From NCBI GenBank assembly GCA_963706575.1, contig CAVPNL010000014.1, forward strand, positions 64,001-128,000: a stretch of DNA of 64,000 nucleotides. The letters run 5' to 3'. The notes under the pieces are model-generated. The model made no database searches and was not told the origin of the DNA. It saw only the letters and a list, made by a program, of their open reading frames with translations. Positions within the stretch are counted from its first letter, which is position 1; each line of letters begins with the position of its first letter. The position numbers and the translations under genes were made by a program. The DNA comes from an uncultured delta proteobacterium (GTDB lineage: Bacteria > Desulfobacterota > Desulfobacteria > Desulfobacterales > JAHEIW01). Positions 47,975-55,983 of the stretch are shown here, piece after piece.

Positions 47975-48729
47975 GACGCAGGTTAAACATACGCGCAGCC
48001 CTCATCGGGCTGTTAATGTTTTTTGCCATCTGGCAACTGCTGGCCTGGATCATCCACCGACCCATCATGCCCTCACCGCTTCAGGTGCTTCCGATATTCG
48101 GAGCCTCCTTATTCGGCGACCTGGGGATTCACTTTTTAGCGAGTACCGGACGTGTGTTGGCTGCCATCGGTCTGGCGGTTGTCACTGCGGTACCCATCGG
48201 ATTGGGTCTGGGTCAGGTTCCAAAAGTCAATCGCATCTTTGCCCCCCTGATTGCCATCGTCTATCCGATCCCCAAAATTGTGTTTTTGCCGGTCATCTAT
48301 GTTCTGATGGGCATCACCGATATTTCCAAAATTTTTTTAATAGCGATTATTATTTTTTTCCAGATTCTGGTCGTTGTCAGGGATGAAGCCGCAAATCTGC
48401 ATCCGGAATTGATTCTGTCGGTGCGCTCGCTGGGTGCCGGCCGCCGGGCACTATTCCGCTATGTTTACTTTCCGGCATCGCTGCCGGCAGTCCTGACAGC
48501 CCTGCGCGTCTCCGCCGGAACCGCCATTGCGGTGCTGTTTATCGCCGAACAATCTTTAACCACTTACGGTTTGGGATATTATATCGTTGTCGAAACTTAT
48601 CAGGTGTTGAGATACCCAGAGATGTATGCCGGCATCCTGGCCATGAGCCTGCTGGGTTTGGTGCTTTATTTTATGATCTACAATATGGAACTGAAGGTAA
48701 ATCGCTATCGAGGGGAAGAACACAATTAA
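47971..48729 (+). CDS. ABC transporter permease (SsuC/TauC-like)
   Basis: TM helices, PIPK motif, SLGA EAA-like loop. Confidence 0.92.
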   Translation: MRRRLNIRAALIGLLMFFAIWQLLAWIIHRPIMPSPLQVLPIFGASLFGDLGIHFLASTGRVLAAIGLAVVTAVPIGLGLGQVPKVNRIFAPLIAIVYPIPKIVFLPVIYVLMGITDISKIFLIAIIIFFQILVVVRDEAANLHPELILSVRSLGAGRRALFRYVYFPASLPAVLTALRVSAGTAIAVLFIAEQSLTTYGLGYYIVVETYQVLRYPEMYAGILAMSLLGLVLYFMIYNMELKVNRYRGEEHN

Positions 48730-48765
48730 ATGGAGGGATCGACGGAGCTTATACCTTTCAAGTTT

Positions 48766-48851
48766 GTCATTCCCGCGAAGCCTGTCGCCGCGCAGGTGGG
48801 GAGCGGGAATCCAGAAACATGGCCTGGATACCCGCCTGACGCGGGTATGAC
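48766..48851. repeat. REP-like paired palindromes with a 22-bp nested insert
   Basis: GTCATTCCCGCGAAG[insert]GCGGGAATCCAG...CTGGATACCCGCCTGACGCGGGTATGAC. Confidence 0.75.
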
Positions 48852-48884
48852 GGTAATAAAGGCTCCCTGGCTCCTGCTATTGAT

Positions 48885-49796
48885 ATGATCGAAAAAAACT
48901 CTGGGAACATTTCAAAAATGGATGCCTGGATGCTGGCGGCCCGGCCGCGCACGCTTCCGGCGGCCGTGGCGCCGGTGCTGGTCGGCACCGCTATGGCAAT
49001 CGCCGACAAGCATTTTGCGTGGCCGCCGGCCGCGGCCGCTTTAGCGGTGGCATTACTGCTGCAAATCGGTGTCAATCTGGCAAATGATTATTTCGATTAC
49101 GTCAAGGGCATCGATACCCAGGACCGTCAGGGGCCGCCCCGGGTAACGCAGAGTGGGCTTATTCCGGCCAAACAGGTAAGGGCCGGTATGCTGGTTACCA
49201 TCATTCTGAGTGTCATCCCGGGCCTCTACCTGGCAAGCGTTGGTGGCTGGCCGGTTATTTTGATCGGATTTTTCAGTTTCGGTGCGGCGCTGGCCTATAG
49301 CGGCGGGCCTTTTCCACTGGCGTCCCATGGGCTCGGTGACCTTTTCGTCTTCATTTTTTTCGGACTGGTGGCGGTGGGCGGCACCTATTACGTCCAAGCG
49401 CTGCGTTTAACGCCGATGGTCTGGTTGATGGGGGCAGTTCAAGGGCTGCTGATCACCGCCATTCTGGTTGTTAATAACCTGAGAGACATTCAAACGGATC
49501 GCCGCAGTGGCAAGCGTACCCTGGCGGTTATGATCGGTGAGCGCGGGTCCAGGATTGAATACCTGCTGTTGCTCTGCACGGCCTACGCAATACCCATCAT
49601 CCTCTGGTTGGGCGGGCGAAGTTCGGTCTGGGTGATTCTGCCGGTTTTTTCCCTGCCCCTGGCGATTTCTTTAATGCGCCTCGTCTGGTCAGATTCAAGC
49701 GGTACGATCCTAAATAAGGCGCTGGCAAACACCGCCAGATTGGCACTGATTTTTAGTTTGCTCTTATCCATCGGCCTGATTTTCTCGTTTAGGTAG
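48885..49796 (+). CDS. menA: 1,4-dihydroxy-2-naphthoate polyprenyltransferase
   Basis: AARPRTL, NLANDYFDY.KG.D and NNLRDI..D...GK.TLAV motifs. Confidence 0.93.
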   Translation: MIEKNSGNISKMDAWMLAARPRTLPAAVAPVLVGTAMAIADKHFAWPPAAAALAVALLLQIGVNLANDYFDYVKGIDTQDRQGPPRVTQSGLIPAKQVRAGMLVTIILSVIPGLYLASVGGWPVILIGFFSFGAALAYSGGPFPLASHGLGDLFVFIFFGLVAVGGTYYVQALRLTPMVWLMGAVQGLLITAILVVNNLRDIQTDRRSGKRTLAVMIGERGSRIEYLLLLCTAYAIPIILWLGGRSSVWVILPVFSLPLAISLMRLVWSDSSGTILNKALANTARLALIFSLLLSIGLIFSFR

Positions 49797-49860
49797 AAGG
49801 GGCTCGCCCGGCAATGCACTTCGCAAAAATTGTAGATCCCTTTCAAAATCATTAAATAAC

Positions 49861-49904
49861 AAGTGACTAAAGTGAACTAAAGCTGGAAGTGACTAAAGTT
49901 AAGG
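49861..49904. repeat. Single arm of the AAAGTGACT family
   Basis: aagtgactaaagtgaactaaagctggaagtgactaaagttaagg. Confidence 0.65.
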
Positions 49905-49970
49905 AAGAAAGATATTTTTTAGAGCTTAAATTAGATGCATCCAATACCAATTCAGTTTCCCTGGTAAACA

Positions 49971-51053
49971 TCAAACCAAAATCACACATTTTTCCGGATT
50001 TAAAAATATATAGAGTTCCTGTCCTTCTTCCTGCGGCAGATTGTGGGGAACCTGCACCCGGATCATGGTGTCATTTACGCTGACAAAAAAGAATAAAAAG
50101 TTGCCCAGATAGGCCTTGTGGACAATCTTGCCCTTGAACACATTTTCCATGGCCTGGGGCGGTTCGGCAAATACGTCTACATCCTCGGGTCGTATCGATG
50201 CATATACTTTTGCGCCGGGTGCCGCGGCCGTGCTGTCTGGCGTCATACACACCATCTTATCGCTGAATTCGGTCCGCACGGAAACCGCATTCCGGTCCTG
50301 CAAAACTTCGATGACTTCCCCGGACATAAAGTTCATGGTGCCGATGAAATCGGCCACAAAGCGATTGGCGGGTTTTTTATAAATGTCCTGGGGATGGCCG
50401 ATTTGCACCACGTTGCCTGAATCCATGACGGCGATACGGTCCGAGATTACCATGGCTTCGGCCTGGTCGTGGGTGACATAAACCGCTGTGATGCCCATGC
50501 GTCTGACCAGGCTTTTGATTTCAAATCTTAATTCTTCTCTGAGCTTGGCATCCAGATTGCTCAGCGGTTCATCCAAGAGCAAAACTTTGGGATTGGTTAC
50601 CAGTGCGCGTGCAAGTGCCACCCGTTGTTGCTGGCCGCCGCTCAATTGAGCCGGATATCTGTCCTCCAGGCCGGCCAACCCCACCAGCTCCAATACCTGC
50701 TCGGCCCGTTCCCGGATTTTTGGCTTTGGTATCTTCTGAAGTTTCAAACCGTAAACAATATTGCTGAATACCTTCATGTGCGGCCAGACAGCATAGTTTT
50801 GGAACACCATACCGATTCCCCGTTTTGCCGGCGGGACAAATCCTTGCGATAGCATCGGCTGGCCGTCAATAATGATGTCGCCTTCTTCCGGTTTCTCCAA
50901 TCCGGCGATGCAGCGCAAGGTGGTTGTTTTGCCGCATCCGCTGGGCCCCAGCAGCGTCAGCATTTCTCCCTTGTTGATTTCAAGCTGGATGCGATTAATG
51001 GCCACAACGTCCTTGAAGCGCTTGAACAAGTTTTGGATCTCGATAAATGCCAT
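49971..51053 (-). CDS. ABC transporter ATP-binding protein (FbpC/PotA-like, TOBE domain)
   Basis: GPSGCGKT, LSGGQQQR, DEPLSNLD and THDQ motifs. Confidence 0.95.
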   Translation of the reverse strand: MAFIEIQNLFKRFKDVVAINRIQLEINKGEMLTLLGPSGCGKTTTLRCIAGLEKPEEGDIIIDGQPMLSQGFVPPAKRGIGMVFQNYAVWPHMKVFSNIVYGLKLQKIPKPKIRERAEQVLELVGLAGLEDRYPAQLSGGQQQRVALARALVTNPKVLLLDEPLSNLDAKLREELRFEIKSLVRRMGITAVYVTHDQAEAMVISDRIAVMDSGNVVQIGHPQDIYKKPANRFVADFIGTMNFMSGEVIEVLQDRNAVSVRTEFSDKMVCMTPDSTAAAPGAKVYASIRPEDVDVFAEPPQAMENVFKGKIVHKAYLGNFLFFFVSVNDTMIRVQVPHNLPQEEGQELYIFLNPEKCVILV

Positions 51054-51071
51054 TCAGTTTGTCTCCTTGCT

Positions 51072-51143
51072 GGGTTCAAGGTTCCCCGTTCAACGTTCAG
51101 GGTTATTTCAACCTTGAACCTCTGAACCCTGAACCTTTGAACC
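51072..51143. repeat. Inverted GGTTCA / TGAACC array with minimal spacer
   Basis: Empty form of the outer arms seen in the nested elements. Confidence 0.75.
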
Positions 51144-51144
51144 C

Positions 51145-52821
51145 TTATTTTTCCCCCGCCCCCCAGGCAGCTTTGAGGACGCCGCCGCCGATTCTGGATA
51201 TGATCAGCAGAAGGATAAAGGTGATCACAATCATCAGAAACGCCATAGCGGCGGCAATTCCGAACTCCATGCCGCGATGCCAGTTCAAATAGATTCCGAT
51301 GGGCAAGGTTTCCCACCCGCCGCGATAAAGGAATATCGCGGTCGAGATCTCCTGGAACGCCATGATGAAAAACATCACCACGCCCACCAGCACCCCTTTG
51401 AGCAGCAAAGGCAAAGAGATATGAAAAAACGTTCTGACTTTACCTGCGCCCGAAACTTCGGAGGCCTCCTCGAGCGACGGATCCAGCTGCAGGTAAGAGG
51501 AATGCGCCATCCGCAAAAAATACGGCAGCCGTCGTGTAAACAGGGCCAACGGCATGATTATCCAGTACGTGGCTATGGGTATGCGGTCCCAAAATGCCAG
51601 GAGATAAGCCACGCCGATGGCGATACCCGGAAACGCCAGCATCAGTGTGATCACAAAGTCGAGTGCATCCCGGCCCGCAACACGGGTGCGCACGATGATG
51701 TAGGCGGCCGGAAGCCCGAAGGCGATCCCGAAAACCAGAGCAATCCCGCTGAAGAGGAAGGAGTTTTTTATCAGGCCCGGGCTTTCCAGCAGGATGAGCC
51801 TGAAATTTTCGAGCGTCCAATAGGTTGGAAATACCTCAAAGGTCCATCTTCTGGAAAAAGCGGCTAACCCCAGCACGATCGGAATCAGCAGAACGAGGAT
51901 GGCGATAAAAATCATGTATACATACGCCCCTGATTTCACCAGTGGGCTCGGTTCGATGACCCGGCCTTCAGAGGTGGTCCCTTTCGAAAGACCGGTATAC
52001 TTTCTCTTCTCGACCCACCACCTGGCGAATAAAAAGAGGCTAATGCACACAACCGCAGAAACAACCACGGCCACAATCCCCATGTATTTGCGATGCATGT
52101 CGGTAAAATGATAGGCGATATTAATGTACGAAACCGAAGGCAAATAATCCACCTGCCCCAGAATCAACGGCGTCAGCCAGTCGGTGAAGGGCCACAGAAA
52201 CACGAGGACGGCGCCCGCCATATAACTCGGCGTGCAGAGCGGCAGGGTAATCGTGAAAAATCTCCTGAAACCGCTGGCGCCCTCGACTTCGGCGGCTTCT
52301 TCAAAGGAGGGGTCGATGTTGCTGAAGCCGGCCGAAAGACCGAGGACGATAAAAGGGAGCATGTGCAGGGACTGTATAAATACCAGACCGTGCCGCCCGT
52401 AGATGAAATTGATGGGCTTTTCGATCAACCCCATATCCATAAGGAGCAGATTCAGGGTTCCATACTTGCCGAAAAAAATGATAAATGCAAATACGCCCGC
52501 GAACGCGGGTAAAACGATCGGTAACAGGATCAGGGCTGTGAAAATGGTCTTACCCCAGTGCCGGTATCTCGCCAGAATGTAGGCCAGGGGCACGCCAAAC
52601 ACGGTGGTCGTTACAAGCAACAGCGTGCTCAGGAGCAAGGTGTTTCCAAAAGTTTTTAAATAATAGGTGTCCTGGAAAAATTCTAAATAATTTTGGATGC
52701 CCCAGCTGTCAGTTCCGGAGATTTTGAAGCTTTCCAATACCACAATTGACAGCGGATAAAGCACGAAAAAACCAATAATCAGCCACAGGAATGCTGCCAG
52801 ATAGTAATTGCCACGCGACAT
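51145..52821 (-). CDS. ABC transporter permease, fused double-domain (FbpB-like)
   Basis: Two EAA loops (EEAAEVEGA, EEASEVSGA) and many TM helices. Confidence 0.93.
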   Translation of the reverse strand: MSRGNYYLAAFLWLIIGFFVLYPLSIVVLESFKISGTDSWGIQNYLEFFQDTYYLKTFGNTLLLSTLLLVTTTVFGVPLAYILARYRHWGKTIFTALILLPIVLPAFAGVFAFIIFFGKYGTLNLLLMDMGLIEKPINFIYGRHGLVFIQSLHMLPFIVLGLSAGFSNIDPSFEEAAEVEGASGFRRFFTITLPLCTPSYMAGAVLVFLWPFTDWLTPLILGQVDYLPSVSYINIAYHFTDMHRKYMGIVAVVVSAVVCISLFLFARWWVEKRKYTGLSKGTTSEGRVIEPSPLVKSGAYVYMIFIAILVLLIPIVLGLAAFSRRWTFEVFPTYWTLENFRLILLESPGLIKNSFLFSGIALVFGIAFGLPAAYIIVRTRVAGRDALDFVITLMLAFPGIAIGVAYLLAFWDRIPIATYWIIMPLALFTRRLPYFLRMAHSSYLQLDPSLEEASEVSGAGKVRTFFHISLPLLLKGVLVGVVMFFIMAFQEISTAIFLYRGGWETLPIGIYLNWHRGMEFGIAAAMAFLMIVITFILLLIISRIGGGVLKAAWGAGEK

Positions 52822-52866
52822 ATCACATCCTTCTGGGTCTGCTGCGTGATCTATGATCAAGCGATG

Positions 52867-52922
52867 GCCTGCCCTGTTAAGTTCTCGTTAGGTATCGCTG
52901 AGAGATATTTAACAGGGCAGGC
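52867..52922. repeat. Stem-loop between the binding-protein and permease genes
   Basis: 14-bp inverted repeat GCCTGCCCTGTTAA...TTAACAGGGCAGGC. Confidence 0.7.
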
Positions 52923-52968
52923 TGGAATATCAAGTTCAGATCGTTTTGGGTCGATTCGGGTAATTTCG

Positions 52969-54390
52969 CTACCCGGGTCGCCGACGCAACGCGATGACCA
53001 CTGCTACAACTGAAACCAAAAGGGCTATTATGAGTAACACGATAATTCCAGTTGGTATCTCTGCTTTAGGAGCGGCTGCAGGGGCAGCAGCAACCGCAGC
53101 AGCAGGGATCGCGCGGGCCTCCGCTGCAGCCAGACGGGCTGCCGCATAGGCACCATCTATCTCGAAAAGCTTGCGGGCTTCCTTTATTTTCGCCTCAGCC
53201 TTTGTGACATCTTTCTGCTGGCCCCTGGCCACCTCAATTTCTCCCTCAACCTCCTCAATCAGGAACAGGCTGCCTTTCAGTTCCCCCCATTTGCGATAGA
53301 TTTCGAATTCGTATTTCTTATTGACTTCGTCCCATCGCTTGGTCGCCAGATCCAGGTCATATTCGATGAAGTCGACTTTCAAATCCCAGAACGAGTCAAC
53401 TCCCAGCGCCTTCTTGGCATGGGTGGCCATTTCGAGACCTTCTTTTTCCCACTCGGAGAATTTAATGTCCGTCCTGGCTGCGAAGTAACGGCCCTCCAGA
53501 ACGTATTTTTGTCCGTCCATGCTGAACAACCAGTCCAGAAAGATTTTGCCGACCTCTTCGTTGGGTGCGCCTTTCAGCAAAGCCACGGCCTCCGGAACCA
53601 GGATTGTTTTTTCCGGGAGCAAATCCCGTACCGGAAAACCATCTTTGCGCGCAGCCATTGCGTTCATTTGCGGCTGTGCAATCCCGATGGGAACTTCACC
53701 ACGGGCCGTCAATTGAGTCGTATCGGTACTGCCGGTGGAAAAACGGGCCAGCTGCGCTGCCAGCAATCTGAGATATTTCCAGGCTTCCTCTTCTCCAAAT
53801 GCCTGCAGGAGAATTTCTATGGTTTCGTGCATGGTGCCGGAGGCGTAAGGCAGGGTATGCACGACATTTCCCCTGTAAATGGGATTGAGAAGATCGTGCC
53901 AAGTTTTTGGCGGCGGCAGTCTTAGCTTTTTCAAAACCTTTTCGTTGTATAGATTGGTAACAATCCAGGGCGCGAAACAGGTCCATAAATCACCTTCATC
54001 TTTTACTTTCATACCGTGCCATTCGGCGGGAACTTTATCCCAATCCTTTGGTCTGTATGGGACAATCAGTCCCTCCTTTTTTAAAACCTCATGCGCCGGG
54101 GCGCCGGCGCCCAGAAAAATATCGGCATCCGGTTTGCCGCCCCATGCTCTGACTTTGTCCAGACAGACCGGCCATCCGCCCGGCCGCACGAAAGTGATGT
54201 CCACGTCCTTGTCATAGGTCTTTTTATAGTATTCCTTGAAACCTTTGGTCAGACTGGCAGATAATTCTTTGTAAACGGGACCGACCCAGCCGATTTTGTC
54301 CGCAGCCTGCGCTTCCACCGCAAAAGTCAGCAGCAACAGTGCCATTGAAAAAATAGAAAAAATTGTTATGGCCAGGATCTTCTTTTTCAT
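52969..54390 (-). CDS. ABC substrate-binding protein (Fe3+/polyamine/sugar-phosphate class) with C-terminal TM anchor
   Basis: Signal peptide, P.ADIF.G motif; Ala/Pro linker, IPTG, hydrophobic helix, RRR tail. Confidence 0.88.
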   Translation of the reverse strand: MKKKILAITIFSIFSMALLLLTFAVEAQAADKIGWVGPVYKELSASLTKGFKEYYKKTYDKDVDITFVRPGGWPVCLDKVRAWGGKPDADIFLGAGAPAHEVLKKEGLIVPYRPKDWDKVPAEWHGMKVKDEGDLWTCFAPWIVTNLYNEKVLKKLRLPPPKTWHDLLNPIYRGNVVHTLPYASGTMHETIEILLQAFGEEEAWKYLRLLAAQLARFSTGSTDTTQLTARGEVPIGIAQPQMNAMAARKDGFPVRDLLPEKTILVPEAVALLKGAPNEEVGKIFLDWLFSMDGQKYVLEGRYFAARTDIKFSEWEKEGLEMATHAKKALGVDSFWDLKVDFIEYDLDLATKRWDEVNKKYEFEIYRKWGELKGSLFLIEEVEGEIEVARGQQKDVTKAEAKIKEARKLFEIDGAYAAARLAAAEARAIPAAAVAAAPAAAPKAEIPTGIIVLLIIALLVSVVAVVIALRRRPG

Positions 54391-54883
54391 TTTGACCTCC
54401 TTTTTTGTGATCGGATCACATTTAAAAAAATGTCTTTATCCTCAATGACCTCCTGTTGTGAGTTTTTTCTCAATTGATCTATAGCCAGAAACTTTACGAA
54501 CAATTCCTTTCGGCCCTCACCTCCTTTCTTCGTTTTCATCGGTTAGAATGGAAACATAAACAATACAGACATTTTAGAAATCTGAACAAATATAAAGTCC
54601 ATAAGTTTATAGAATTGGTGCTTAAAAAGGCGGAAGGTATCAAATAGGGAGAAATTGTTAACTCTGTATTTAAAAAAAAAATGCAAAATTTATCTTGGAC
54701 AAAACCCGTGTATATTCTAAACAGCACGCGCTTTTTTTTCGAGTAAAAGCAGTTAAATGAAAGAGGTAATGAATAGTGTATACAGGTAAATAGTGAAAAT
54801 GCAAAGCGGCGTCAAGGATGAAAAATAATTAGGCCAGGAGATAAACATCGGCGGGAATAAATCTCATTAGCGAAATGTGGCAG

Positions 54884-54913
54884 AAAAACAAAATGGGGGG
54901 CAAAATGCCCCCC
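54884..54913 (-). terminator. Intrinsic terminator of the zraP-like gene
   Basis: Minus strand GGGGGGCA-TTT-TGCCCCCC hairpin followed by a T-rich tract. Confidence 0.7.
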
Positions 54914-54945
54914 GGATGATTTTATTGTCAGTTAAATTTCAAGGA

Positions 54946-55479
54946 TTAATTCCAGCAGCTGCCGGGGCCATAACCGCCACCGCCGCCATACATTCCGCGC
55001 CCCATTCCCCTGCCGCGGGGTCCGTAGCCGTCACCTCTGTATCCAGACCGCGGAAAATCTTTTCCCATCTTGATACGATGATCAAGGCGTTTTTGATCCA
55101 GCTGGCTTTCAAGATTGGAAATTTCCTTCTGAATCCCGGCGGCTTTTTTGGCGTCCGGTTCCGGTTTGGCCAGCTCGCTGCGCAGTTCAAGTTCCTTTTG
55201 ATAAAGATTCTCTCTGAGATCGGATGTGGCTTCGAAAAAACGCTGACGTTCTTTGTCCAGTTTGGCGATGTCCTCGTCGCTCAGATCACTCTGATATCCC
55301 TGTCCACCATAGCCCCGGGGGCCTTGCCCCCAGCCGCCATGCATCCCATAGCCGGGACCCATATGATAGCCACCGCCGCCGTATCCTCTGCCCCAGCCGG
55401 CGAAAGAAGTAGCGGCAATCGCAAAAACGGCCACAATAGCCAACACCATAAAAATCGTTCCTGTTTTGTTAAAATTCAT
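54946..55479 (-). CDS. ZraP/Spy/CpxP-family periplasmic protein with Gly/Tyr/Met-rich tails
   Basis: Signal peptide, helical core LRENLYQKELEL...KPEPD; divergent from a sigma54 two-component system. Confidence 0.85.
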   Translation of the reverse strand: MNFNKTGTIFMVLAIVAVFAIAATSFAGWGRGYGGGGYHMGPGYGMHGGWGQGPRGYGGQGYQSDLSDEDIAKLDKERQRFFEATSDLRENLYQKELELRSELAKPEPDAKKAAGIQKEISNLESQLDQKRLDHRIKMGKDFPRSGYRGDGYGPRGRGMGRGMYGGGGGYGPGSCWN

Positions 55480-55628
55480 TTTTTTACCTCCATCTTTCAA
55501 AATTTCATATGAAATTTTGAATTGTTATTTGTTATTGGTTATCAGTTATTGGAATCTATGATTCTCTTATTCAATATTTTCCATAATTTTAATTTAAATC
55601 GAAATTCATTTAGTTGTTACTTTATATC

Positions 55629-55643
55629 GCAAGTCCCGTGCCA
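55629..55643 (-). promoter_or_regulatory. Sigma54 promoter of the zraP-like gene
   Basis: TGGCAC-GGGAC-TTGC on the minus strand. Confidence 0.85.
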
Positions 55644-55760
55644 TAATCGTATGAGCGAACTAAAATTTTTATAACATATTGATTTTAAATAAATAATTAC
55701 TATGTTTAGATGAGCATTGACAAAAAAATCCAATTTCATTGGTTGAATAAAACCAAATAA

Positions 55761-55810
55761 TGGATACTATGTACCCAGTCGGGTTTTAATAATTGGGTAT
55801 TTTATACACA
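55761..55810. promoter_or_regulatory. Tandem putative enhancer (UAS) sites
   Basis: TGGATA-N5-TACCCA and TGGGTA-N5-TACACA, 33 bp apart. Confidence 0.6.
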
Positions 55811-55816
55811 AATTCA

Positions 55817-55942
55817 AAGTGCCTAAAATGCCTAAAATGAGCTAAAGTGCCTAAAGTTAAGGTATCGCTATGCTCTATCTCTTATTATAAAAATGAAAGA
55901 ATTCCAAAACTTTAGGCATTTTAGCGCACTTTAGTTCACTTT
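55817..55942. repeat. Inverted 9-mer array element (AAAGTGACT family) with full core
   Basis: Core ggtatcgctatgctctatc...agaattcc matches the 8.1 kb copy. Confidence 0.8.
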
Positions 55943-55954
55943 AAACTTATCAAG

Positions 55955-55970
55955 TGGCACCTGATTTGCT
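55955..55970 (+). promoter_or_regulatory. Sigma54 promoter of the zraSR-like operon
   Basis: TGGCAC-CTGAT-TTGCT. Confidence 0.75.
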
Positions 55971-55983
55971 CTAACAATCCGCC

